From assembly GCF_006345805.1 (NCBI RefSeq), contig NC_043006.1, forward strand, positions 20,584,001 through 20,648,000: a stretch of 64,000 nucleotides of DNA. The letters run 5' to 3'. The DNA is from Octopus sinensis. Lineage: Eukaryota. The position numbers were made by a program, and so were the translations under genes. How positions within the stretch are numbered: the stretch's first letter is position 1; each line of letters opens with the position of its first letter. The notes below the pieces were generated by a model. It saw only the letters and a list, made by a program, of their open reading frames with translations. It did not search any database and had not been told where the DNA came from. Positions 33,628-44,760 of the stretch are shown here, piece by piece.

Positions 33628-36059
33628 TATTTCAATAATTTGCCACTAGGGCAGCACACAGAGTAGCTACGGGCTGGACAAAGACATTAATGGATGATGG
33701 TGGTGGTGGATGAAGATGGTGATGGGAGAAGTCAGAAAGCGCCCGCCGACTTTTGCTTCTCTAAAACAATGTTCAATAATTACATTTAATACAATGATTA
33801 CAAATTACAAATTTTAGAGGAGGCAATAAACCTCCTCTTCAAAATGTTACAAAATGTTCACATGATATCAAAATACATATTTTTGAGGAGGCAACGAACC
33901 TCCTCTTCCACATGTTACAAGGATGTTACACCGCCTAAGTGACCCGGCCGACCATTTCTCTTGCCTCATTGAGGCAATACTCGCTGGTCAGGCCGGTGTC
34001 CAGTGGTATAGTCTGGAAGGAGTCTGCCGGGCAGGAAGCCACGATCCTGTGTAGATCAGCCCTTCCCACGACCCCCGCAGCTAACTGCGAAGGCCACTCG
34101 GGGTTTTCCACACAGGACCGGATTACCTCCCAATGTCCTCTCTTTCTCACTTTTTTCACGGTGCTTTCCACCTTTTTTCCTTTGAAAAAGAGGAGCACAA
34201 AATCTTCCACGAATAGTCCCTCAGGCGGCACACCCGCCTTAGAGGACCCGGGATACTCGGGAACCGCCGTCTGCGTGTAGCAATCCGCCGGCGAAGCTCC
34301 GTTTCTCTTTTTCTTTTTCATTTTCTTCTGGCCCTGGGCCACGGGAGGCTGAGGTTCCGGAGCTGTGCGCACCGGGTTCTCCTCTTCCGCAGCTTTCGGG
34401 TCCTTTGGGGGTCGCCATTGCTCCCCGCCTTTCTCTTTCTTTTGGAGGAGGATTTTTCCCCCTCCTCACTTTGCTTCTCTCTCTCCATTGAAGAGGCAGG
34501 GAGAGGCTCCAATATCAGCCGCTCCAGGATCCTACTCTGGACCCTGGGGCAGCTCTTCTTGATGTGGCCGGTCTCCAAACACAGGTGACACTTGGGGGGG
34601 CGTCCCTCAAGCATCACCGGATACTTGGACCCGGCCATTCTCAAAAAGTCTGGCAAAACCAGACTCTTGGCTGACTGGGTCCATAGGGTTAAGGTTGCCT
34701 TAGACCCCTCCCAATCAGCCGCAGGCTGTACATTGACATTTAGGATTTTTGCGTCCCTGTCACCCAGACCCCGGCGGATAGAGTGTTCCATCCACTCGGG
34801 TTCAATGTCGGGTGGCAGGCCGCAGACCCACAGTCTTGTCAATTTTTCTCCCTTGTAACTGGGGAGAAACAAGATTTCTTTGCCCTCAATGGGCCTGCTT
34901 GCAAACTCGCAAGCATCTTTAGGGGAGCCAAACAGCAACCAAATCGTTGCGTATTTGGCTCCCCGTTGGATATATTTTACGGCTGGCATGTGGTTTGCCA
35001 GCTCTTCAATAATTTTCGCCTTCGGAAAAACCATGATAGCGTTGAGCGACCTTGAATAAGTCCTCAGTACCACGGTCTTATCCTCGAGCTGTTTGACATA
35101 TTTTTTGGGAGCTTCTAGCTCCCAAACAATCAGTTCCTTTGCCATTTTAAACAAAAAATGTAAATAAAGTTCGAATAGGAAAAACACAAAAGTAATAGAA
35201 AGAGGGAAGAAAAAACAAAATGGAAACGAGAGTTACAATAAAAACAGTTCGGAGTTCAAATGAAGGATAGCTAGAGGAAGAAGTTCAAATGTGGCAAAGA
35301 ATTATTTTTTTTTGGCCGAAAGGTAGTCCAGGCCAAACGTCACGGCAATCCTTGGTAATTCTGGTGCTTGTAAAAACAGTCCACGAATATCCTTGGTGCC
35401 TCCTGGTAATCCAAAGGTGCAATATTCTACGTGTGGTAATCCAAAGCGAAATTGGTGCTCCAATGAATCGAATTATTTTTGATGTGGGCTACGCCTCTTC
35501 AAAAAACACACTTCTCACTAAAACGTGAGATTTTAAATACAACAGGCAGAAAAAATATGTCCGAAGCAAGGCGAAGTCTATTATCCGCAAAAGATTATTA
35601 ACGCTAATTAACGTTGACGTCAAAAAGTATTAATGGCAGGCAATAAACCTCGTCAAGCCTCTAAAAATATTCAAAACAGTCCTACCTGCTGTGCCAAACA
35701 GTTCAATATTCCACGTGTGGTAGTCCAAGTGTGAAAATTGGTACTCCAATGAGTCAAAAATATTTCTGAGGAGGGGCTACGCCTTCCTCAAAATAACACA
35801 ATTTCTCACTAAAAGGTGAGACTTTTAAATACGCCAACAGGTAGAAAAATATTCGAAGTAAAGTGAAGTATATTACCCGCAAAAATTATTAACACTAAAT
35901 AACGTTGTTAATGCTAAAAAGTATTAACGACAGGCAATAAACCTCACTAGGCTTCCATCAATATTCGAACGTTCCACCCGTTGACGTAAAATGTTCAATA
36001 ATTCACGTTAAAACGTGACATTTGCCGGAGCGAAGAAAAAACGCGTCCGTTCGGTGAGA
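33628..36059 (-). mobile_element. ORF1-only (half-LINE-like) Tx1/L1-type retroelement, copy 1
   Basis: Bounded by TSD aagctactt (33619-33627) / aaggtactt (36060-36068). The 5' UTR has two ~290-bp monomers. Single ORF with a CCHC knuckle. The 3' end reads ...gaaata into the TSD, forming AATAAA. Confidence 0.85.
33935..35145 (-). CDS. ORF1-like nucleic-acid-binding protein (~403 aa if one base is added to the G5 run at 34407-34411): RRM-like region, CX2CX4HX4C knuckle, basic linker, unknown C-terminal domain
   Basis: MAKELIVWE...CHLCLETGHIKKSC...; continues in the next frame to ...ENPEWPSQLA...EAREMVGRVT*. Homologous over its whole length to 40348-41521. Confidence 0.75.
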
Positions 36060-37433
36060 AAGGTACTTACCACACAGCCACTCCTGCGCCTATCTATTGA
36101 TATTTTTCAATCTTTTTCTCCCTATAAACAAATTTTATGAAATGATGTCAAAGTAACACACGTGTAGTCACAACCGAGCGAGGCCGTGTTATGTGTGTGT
36201 GTAAGAAAAAACTACCTAAAAGCATCTTGAATGTTCATATTAATCTGTCAAATGTAATTCTTATTCGTTATTTGCTTGTAACTTTGCAAATTTTTGACTT
36301 ACAGATTTAAAATTTTGTCACGGGTGCTTTATATACCACTGGGTTATAGTTGACTTTTATGGGCAGGTAAATTTAATTAACAGGTGTAAAAGCATGGATA
36401 AACGCTAAAATTGAAATTCTTAATGCATCTTGCCTGTTTGATTTGTTACTAAAATTATCCTAGATGGCAACCGACAAAAAATTTGCCACTTTTGAAGATG
36501 AGGTACACTAATTTGAATTAATTAAAATATGGGTATAATCGATACAAGATTTTTATCTTTCGGTAAATATTTCGTAGCTCGGTGTGGAATAATTTTTTTC
36601 CAGTTTTTTTTCGAATGCATTCAACATATCTGACCTCCAAACCCGCCACAAGTCACTTATTTCCGGAAAAGAAAGGTGGGAGGAGTGGTGAGGACAACGA
36701 AGTTTCCCACCAAAGGGGTTTTGTTTCGCGGGTCATTTTTTTTCTTTTTCAGGTTAGTTTGCACGCTTTCAATGAATGTGACACCGAAATCATGCGTAAA
36801 CGGCTCCTTTTTCCAGAAAAGGAACGATTTGGTTGCTATTTCTAGCATGACCGGCTACTACGTAACAACTATTTGCCTTCACACCGAAATATTTACCAAC
36901 TTTTTTCCTTCCTTTATTTTTTCCACTTTATTTTTTCGCGGGTCAATATTTTCTCTGTTGACATCCACCTCAGTTAATTTTTCTTTCCTCCCAGTTCTGT
37001 GCTTTCTGAAAGAAAAGTCCTCACATTATCTCAAAGCCACGAGAATTCACTAACGCGATTTGTTTACTTTTTAAAAAAAGATTTCGTAGAGGAATTAGAT
37101 ACAACGGTTTTTGGCCAGTTTAAACACTAAAGTGTTGCAAAGTGCCAAAACTATAAATTCAGCTTCTTTGCCTTTTTGAGGGCTTTAGAACCCCAAAACC
37201 ATAGTTTTTTTCGCTTTAGAGTTAAAAGATGCTAATTTTATAGTTTTAAATTCTAAAGGGCCTAAAAAGGGCTGAAAGAATGACGTGTACAGTAATAAAT
37301 TTGCTAAGACAATCTGAAAACAATAGAAACTTTTAAACGTTTAACGGTTTTTATGAAATTTTGGGGTTAACGGATTTGAATTTACGGAAGCTAAATTTAA
37401 CGGAAGTTAATTAGTCCGATGATGATTTTCAAA

Positions 37434-37476
<43 letters not shown>

Positions 37477-37529
37477 GTTTAAATATTTGTTGTGCAAGAT
37501 TTTTTATGTGAAGTCGTGTGTTGAAACAG

Positions 37530-37956
37530 ATATTGTTATATTTCGGAATGGTCATATTGCCAGTTTAGCCAATAAAAACACACGCACTATATATTTGGTG
37601 TTATTTTGCTTCAGTGTAATTTATTTTTTACATTAATCTTAATCTTATTTCGGCCAGATTTCTTTCGTCACACTCCTGTGACCGCATCAGTGGTCCTTTG
37701 TTTTCTTCTTTCTTATTTGTGTCTCTCCTTACTAACCGTCAGCCATTTTGCATTTCTATTGTATGTCTTCATTTGCGCATGCTTATATCTCTATGTGCGT
37801 CTATGTTTATTTAGTGTGTGTATGTGGGGGGATGCCTGTAATAAGATTAAGATTAATGTAAAAAATAAATAACACTGAAGCAAAATAACACCAAATATAT
37901 AGTGCGTGTGTTTTTATTGGCTAAACTGGCAATATGACCATTCCGAAATATAACAA

Positions 37957-37959
<3 letters not shown>
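37530..37959. mobile_element. Penelope-like insert in (TA)n with a 118-bp inverted repeat
   Basis: Arms 37530-37647 and 37842-37959 differ by 1 mismatch. The spacer holds a minus-strand hammerhead-like sequence ccactgatgcggtcacaggagtgtgacgaaagaaatctgg. Confidence 0.6.
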
Positions 37960-37994
<35 letters not shown>

Positions 37995-38020
37995 CATACA
38001 TACATACATACATACATTTA

Positions 38021-38174
38021 GGGAAAGTTTACGAAAAAAAAACAAAAGACGAAGACAGGTGGTGTACAAAACAAACAGATGTATTAGTATAACGCTCAGG
38101 AATAGAAAATGTCTTTTGCGTTTCGAGCCTACGCTCTTCTACTGAAAGGGACACAGAAAAAACAAGGAGAGAAA

Positions 38175-38175
<1 letters not shown>
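38021..38175 (-). mobile_element. Penelope-like terminal repeat, same family as 1795-1968
   Basis: Reverse-complement homology; flanked by (TA)n/(CATA)n. Confidence 0.55.
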
Positions 38176-38212
<37 letters not shown>

Positions 38213-38213
38213 G

Positions 38214-38249
<36 letters not shown>

Positions 38250-38339
38250 TGTGTGTGTGCGTATGGGGTGTGTGTGCCCAAGCATGACCGGATCTTTAAA
38301 ACTGAAACAATTCAAAGAATTTAAGGAATATGTGTTCGT

Positions 38340-38449
38340 GTTTTTTTTTACATATATATATATTCCCTTCTTTCCTGAGCGTCAAATAATACTTTATTTG
38401 TTCCACGTCCTCGCGTTGCTATGTTTTTTTTGTGTTTTCTTGTTTGGAT

Positions 38450-38460
<11 letters not shown>
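38340..38460 (+). mobile_element. 3' fragment of the hammerhead-bearing repeat seen at 56098-56310
   Basis: ttcctgagcgtcaaataatac...ttggattaac followed by (TA)n. Confidence 0.7.
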
Positions 38461-38502
<42 letters not shown>

Positions 38503-38884
38503 TATATATATAGGGAGAGAGAGAGAGAGAGCTAGATTACTTCAATATATGAATTATGCTACATTGGTGATGGTAATGGAGGTGGTGGTGGTGTTAGTGG
38601 TGGGAATTAGTGATGGTTGGCATTACGGCTAATTGCGATCCAGTAATGTGCGCCCAAGACACACGCGCTCCCACACACAGACGCCTACACAAACACATAC
38701 AGCACGCACGAAAACATACAAACGCATAGACATATACAAAGACATAACACACTCACATATACACATATCAACACGCAAACACACACACACATTGTCCTCT
38801 CTGCCTTCTCGTCTATTTAGTCATTATATCACTAGACCAATTAGTAACTATTTATATAGCCATAACCAAACATTTCCGCTTTAG

Positions 38885-39138
38885 TGTCTATTCCCCCCCT
38901 CTTTCCCCCCACCCGTTCCTCTCCCAGTCCCCTTCTCTCTGTCTCTTTTCTCTCTTCTTTCTTTCTTTCTCTTCCTTTTTTCAGTCTCTTTCTATCTCAT
39001 GTGTCTCTGTCTTTCTCTTCCTTACTGATGTTTTCTCTCTTTCTCCATCTGTCTTCCCCTTCGCTCTCTCTTTCTCCATCTGTCTCCCCCTTCGCTCCCT
39101 CTTTCTCTCTCCATTACCCCTCTGTCTCTGTCTGTTTC

Positions 39139-39195
<57 letters not shown>

Positions 39196-39340
39196 TTCTT
39201 GCTGGTATTTCCTTCCACTTCGTCTGTCTCTTCTTTCTTCCTCCCTTCCCCCCATTCCTTTCATTTCTCCGTCTCTTTCTGTCTCTCTGTCTCTGTCTCT
39301 GTCTCCCTCTCCTCTCTCTCTCTCTCTCTCTCTCTTCCCG
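38885..39340. repeat. CT-rich low-complexity tract
   Basis: Degenerate (CT)n/(CTGT)n. Confidence 0.9.
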
Positions 39341-39840
39341 CCAGTATTTTCTTGAGATAATCAAATGTTGAATGTAATTTAACAGTAGAATTAAAGTTAA
39401 TTACTAATCAATTAAAATCGCAATTAACTAAATTGCACTTCAAAAATAACAATAGACAGAATTATTCCGGATGAAGTTTTTATTATGACCGAAATTTGAC
39501 ATGATAACTGAGCTGGAGTCGAGAATTCTTTGGGTGGCGTCATATGTCCGCCATGGCGTTTTCTGTCTTATTTCACTGTGACTCCTCTTCTTGAATATCA
39601 ACGCTGGGAACCATCTTGGGACAACTCTTACTCTTTTACTTGTTTCAGTCATTTGACTGCGGCCATGCCGGAGCACCGCCTTTAATCGAGCAACTCGACC
39701 CCGGGACTTATTCTTTTGTAAGCCCAGTACTTATTCTATCGGTCTCTTTTGCCGAACCGCTAAGTAACGGGGACATAAACACACTAGCATCGGTTGTCAA
39801 GCAATGCTAGGGGACGAACAAAGACACACAAACACACACA

Positions 39841-39883
<43 letters not shown>

Positions 39884-40347
39884 GACGGGCTTCTTTCAGT
39901 TTCCGTCTACCAAATCCACTCACAAGGCTTTGGTCGGCCCGAGGCTATAGTAGAAGACACTTGCCCAAGGTGCCACGCAGTGAGACTGAACCCGGAACCA
40001 TGCGGTTGGTAGACAAGCTACTTTATTTCAAAACATTTGCCATAAAGGCAGTACACAGATTAAGTTAGCTTTGCGGGCTGGACGAGGACATTAATGAAGT
40101 GAATGATAATGAAAGACAGATGATAAGGATGGGAGAAGACAAAAAGCGCCCGCCGACTTTCGCTTCTCTAAAACATTGTTCTTTTTAAAGATAAACACAA
40201 AACGAGGTATTAAACCTCTTACAATTTTTCCAATTTTTGGACTTAGCAGTCCATTATTAATAAAAATGCAAAACGAGGTATTAAACCTCTTTCAATTTTC
40301 CAATTTTTGGACTTAGCAGTCCATTATTAATACTAACAGTTCAATAA

Positions 40348-41521
40348 TTACATATCGTCCTCGAAATAGCTTGTGCCCGCGCCCTCCACCATCAACCACG
40401 CCTCCCTCAGAACGTAATCAAGTTCCGAGTTCGCGTCGCCCGGGACCAAGCTATAATCTTCATTGAGCTCCTTTAGCCCAAGCGTCACGTCGAACGCCAC
40501 GGCCTCCACAGCTATCTGCGGAGGCCATTCGGGGTCCTGTGTGAAGGCTAAAGGAGCTCCCTTGTGGTACTCTTCCATCATTTTTTTTTCAATTTCTCCT
40601 CCTCTATAGAAGAGGACCAATACGTTCAGTTCTTTCGTTGGCGGCACAGTTCCCGCCAACGTCTGCGGCTCATGGATATCAGCCGCCCGACCTTTCTTTC
40701 TTTTTCTCCTCCTTCTTTTGGGGGAGACTGCTGACCCAGGGGACTCCGTCACCAGACACGGGGGATCGCTATCCCCCTCCGCCACCTGAGCGTTCTTTGG
40801 CGAGCAGCCATTGTTGCTCGCCTGTCTCTTTCTTTTCGTGGAGGCAACCTCCTCCACGACTTCCACCGTCTCCCCCTCCAATGAGGGGGCGGCGGGCGCC
40901 TTTTCCCCTTCATGCTCCGGGGCACCACCACGGCCCCCGGGACAATTCCTCTTGATATGTCCGGGCTTCAGGCACAGGTGACACTTGGGGGGGGGCGTCC
41001 CTCGAGTATCACCGGGTACCTGTGCCCAGCCATTCTCAGGAAGTCCGGGAATTTTATTTCTCCCACGGCCACCGGTGTCCACAGGGTCAAAGTTGCCTTT
41101 GACCCCTCCCAGGCGACCGCGGGAGCCATTTTCACACTCAGTAGCCTGGGTCCGCTATCCCCCAGGCCTCGCCGGATGGTCTTCTCGATCCATTCCGCCT
41201 CCGTGCCCGGGGGCAGCCCACAAACCCAGACTCTTTTTACTTTTCCTCTCCCTCCAGTGGCTCGCTAGCAAATCTGCTAGCTTCCTCGGGGGTACCAAAC
41301 AGCAACCACACCGTTGCAAATTTACTCCCCCGAGAAATAAACTTTATCGTTGGTAGGTGGTCCCCCAACTCTTTCTCTATGGTGCTCCTGTCGAAGAGGG
41401 CGATAGCTCCACGCGACCTAGAATAGATTCGTAGGACCACCGTCCTCTTCTCAAGACTTTCAATCCACTGCTTGGGTGGGACAACCTCCCATTCCAAAAC
41501 AGTGGTTTCTTTTGTTGCCAT
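40348..41521 (-). pseudogene. ORF1-like protein, disrupted by a ~30-nt deletion near 41250 and a G9-run frameshift at 40987-40995
   Basis: MATKETTVLEWE...FASEPLEG / KVKRVWVCGLP...FLRMAGHRYPVILEGRP / PKCHLCLKPGHIKRNC...QDPEWPPQIA...*. Confidence 0.82.
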
Positions 41522-41693
41522 GATTTTGAAAAGAAGTTCAACTAAAAGTTCAAAGTCCAATAAGAAAAAAACACAATGACAGAACAGAAAGACAGAACAG
41601 AGAAAGGGACGAAGGAAGACAGTTCAAATAATGGCAACACAGTTCTGCAACTGGTAATCCTCACGAAACAGGGTACTCCTAGTTGCAGCACAC

Positions 41694-41805
41694 TTGGTTC
41701 TCCGTGGTAAATCCAAGCACAATTGGTTCTCCGTGGTAAATCCAAGCACACTTGGTTCTCCGTGGTAAATCCAAGCACAATTGGTTCTCCGTGGTAAATC
41801 CAAGC
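41694..41805. repeat. 29-bp tandem repeat x4 in the 5' UTR of element 2
   Basis: Unit ttggttctccgtggtaaatccaagcac(aa/ac) starts at 41694, 41723, 41752 and 41781. Confidence 0.95.
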
Positions 41806-42231
41806 GAACAAATTAATTTTTGAGGAGGGGTTATGCCTCTTCAAAATACACAATTCTCACTAAAAGGTGAGACAATAAATACGCCAACAGGCAGAACAAA
41901 TACATCCGAAGCAAAGTGAAGCTTATTACGCGCAGAAAAGTGTTAACACTAATTAACATTAATGCCAAAAAAGTATTAACGGCAAGCAATAAACCTCACT
42001 ATGCTTCCAAAATATCCAAAATGTCCTACCTGTTGCCGTAAAATGTTCAATAATTCACGTTAACACGTGACATTTGCCGGAGCAAAAAACAGCACGTCTG
42101 TCTGGTAAGAAGCTACTTACCACACAGCCACTCCTGCTTACCACACAGTCACTATGAATTGTGGAGAGACTGCTCACCGCTTTTATCAGCAGTAGCACTG
42201 TGAAAGTGACGAGTGTTTTTTATATTATAGA

Positions 42232-42729
42232 CTAGCTATTTTGACCCGTGTTTCGCTCGGGTTTTGGTGGTGGTGTTGTCTTGAGCGTGTTGTCTTTTTT
42301 TTCCTTTCTTCTTTTGTTCGTCTTCTTTGCTTGGTTCTTTTTATTGCCCTCCTCTTCACCCGCCTTTCCAAAATCCCCCAAATTTTTACACCCACAATTA
42401 AAGATAACCTATTTCTTTATTACACAAAGGGGCTAAACACAGAGGGGACAAACAAGGACAGACATAGGTATTAAGTCGATTCCATCGACCCCAGTGCGTA
42501 ACTGGTACTTAATTTATCGACCCCGAAAGGATGAAAGGCAAAGTCGACCTCGGCGGAATTTGAACTCACAGCGTAACGACAGACGAAATACGGCTACGCA
42601 TTTCGCCCGGCGTGCTAACGTTTCTGCCAGCTCGCCGCCTTCTTGTCCCTTAAACCGTTCCTATCCCAAAATGAGACAAATAACAAGAAATCAAACAACT
42701 TTTTCGCATTTCAGCTTTATAGATATTGA
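42232..42729 (-). mobile_element. Non-autonomous Helitron interrupted by SINE-B
   Basis: CTAG end at 42232 with adjacent hairpin acccgtgtttcgctcgggt; probable TC start near 42729. Confidence 0.6.
42410..42640 (-). mobile_element. SINE family B, full length
   Basis: Collinear with 3232-3464. Confidence 0.9.
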
Positions 42730-42868
42730 TAAGTTACCTTTACTATATATAGTGCTATGGGTATTAAAAGCAAATTATGGGGATTAATATTTAAAAAAAA
42801 AATTCTTTTTTGAAACGTTTACAACAGTCTAAGGTGTTATAAACAATCCATCAAAGTTAGGCTGGATG

Positions 42869-43282
42869 GGATCTTTTCGGTTTGAACGGCAGTTTTTTCT
42901 AGCGGTGTCATATGAAATTGTCACCCATAATTATGACCCTAGTATCGATCTATTGCATTTCAATCTGTTTTAGGGTTAGGGTTAGGGTTAAGGTTTGGGT
43001 GGGGGGAAGGGTATCTTTTTTTCTTCACAAATGTAAATAAACCTAATCTGTTTCTTAAACGAGGGACATATTCATACGGCACAGAATAGACGTCAGTGAT
43101 TGGTTGAGATTGCAGAAATTGAAGAAAAACAACAACAAATATCTTACAAACTATAGAATTTTCTCAATAAAGCCAAGAAAAAAAGATGTTTTATAAACAC
43201 ATTCTACCAGTATACGAAGTTTAAAATTTTTTAGTTACCTAGAAATTATGTTAAAAAACTGCCGTTCAAACCGAAAAGATCC
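42869..43282 (+). mobile_element. GGATC-MITE
   Basis: Same TIRs as 7658-8095. TSD gctggatg at 42861-42868 and 43283-43290. Confidence 0.93.
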
Positions 43283-43509
43283 GCTGGATGTGCTAACGAA
43301 TATTCGTGGCAAAATCTACTTCTGTCGCTGATAGATAATTTGTACACGACTCGCCAGCTTTATCCAACACCACTGGCTGTTCGGTCAGTGTTATTCCATG
43401 TCGGTTTGATTGATTTTCTATCTGGAATTCGGTTTTTCTAGCTGCAGCTGATGATCTGCGATATGATGAAATCACGTGACACGGTAGTACCACGTGATAC
43501 GGTAGTACC

Positions 43510-44760
43510 TATTTCTTTACTACCCACAAGGGGCTAAACACAGAGGGGACAAACAAGGACAGACAAAGGGATTAAATCGATTACATCGACCCCAGTGCGT
43601 AACTGGTACTTAATTTATCGACCCCGAAAGGATGAAAGGCAAAGTCGACATCGGCGGAATTTGAACTCAGAACGTAACGGCAGAAGAAATACAGCTAAGC
43701 ATTTCGCCCGGTGTGCAACTTTTCTTATTTTTTTATTACCCATAACGGGCTAAACATGGAGGGGACAAACAAGGACAGACAAACGGATTAAGTCGATTAC
43801 ATCGACCCCAGTGCGTAACTGGTACTTAATTTATCGACCCCGAAAGGATGAAAGGCAAAGTCGACCTCGGCGGAATTTGAACTCAGAACGTAACGGCAGA
43901 CGAATACCTGTTTCTTTACTACCCACAAGGGGCTAAACACAGAGGGGACAAACAAGGACAGACAAAGGGATTAAGTCGATTACATCGGCCCCACTGTGTA
44001 ACTGGTACTTAATTTATCGACCCCGAAAGGATGAAAGGCAAAGTCGACCTCGGCGGAATTTGAACTCAGAACGTAACGGCAGAAGAAATACAGCTAAGCA
44101 TTTCGCCCGGTGTGCAAACTTTTCTTATTTTTTTATTACCCATAACGGGCTAAACATGGAGGGGACAAACAAGGACAGACAAACGGATTAAGTCGATTAC
44201 ATCGACCCCAGTGCGTAACTGGTACTTAATTTATCGACCCCGAAAGGATGAAAGGCAAAGTCGACCTCGGCGGAATTTGAACTCAGAACGTAACGGCAGA
44301 CGAAATACCTGTTTCTTTACTACCCACAAGGGGCTAAACACAGAGGGGACAAACAAGGACAGACAAAGGGATTAAGTCGATTACATCGGCCCCACTGTGT
44401 AACTGGTACTTAATTTATCGACCCCGAAAGGATGAAAGGCAAAGTCGACCTCGGCGGAATTTGAACTCAGAACGTAACGGCAGAAGAAATACAGCTAAGC
44501 ATTTCGCTCGGTGTGCAAACTTTTCTTATTTTTTTATTGCCCATAACGGGCTAAACATGAAGGGGACAAACAAGGACAGCCAAAGGGATTAAGTCGATTA
44601 CATCGGCCCCAGTGCGTTACTGGTACTTAATTTATCGACCCCCGAATGGATGAAAGGCAAAGTCGACCTCGGCGGAATTTGAACTCAGAACGTAACAGCA
44701 GACGAAATACATCTACGCATTTCGCCCGGCGTGCTGACGTTTCTGCCAGCTCCCCGCCTT
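43510..44760 (-). mobile_element. SINE-B six-unit tandem array, (A-B)x3 with a ~400-bp higher-order period, within one TSD
   Basis: 15-bp TSD tgatacggtagtacc at 43495-43509 and 44761-44775. Only the last unit has a full head. Confidence 0.92.

Larger units (their letters stand above)
33571..36092 (-). mobile_element. SINE-C head remnant split by element 1 (pieces 33571-33627 and 36060-36092)
   Basis: Joining the two pieces restores ...gcaagctacttaccacacagccactcctgcg. Confidence 0.85.
40024..42109 (-). mobile_element. ORF1-only (half-LINE-like) Tx1/L1-type retroelement, copy 2
   Basis: Perfect 9-bp TSD aagctactt at 40015-40023 and 42110-42118. The 5' and 3' termini are homologous to copy 1. 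Confidence 0.88.
39622..42137 (-). mobile_element. Near-complete SINE-C split by element 2 (pieces 39622-40023 and 42110-42137)
   Basis: Body and tail lie at 39622-40023; the first ~28 nt of the head lie at 42110-42137. Confidence 0.92.

Noticed and set aside
41694-41805. CRISPR-like 29-bp repeats (and the 43510-44760 array)
   Set aside because: Units are directly adjacent without unique spacers, the context is eukaryotic, and there are no cas genes.
33571-42137. Recent local segmental duplication as the origin of the two ORF1 elements
   Set aside because: The inserts are far more diverged than their host SINEs, and the flanks beyond the SINEs are unrelated. It is kept only as a refutation test.
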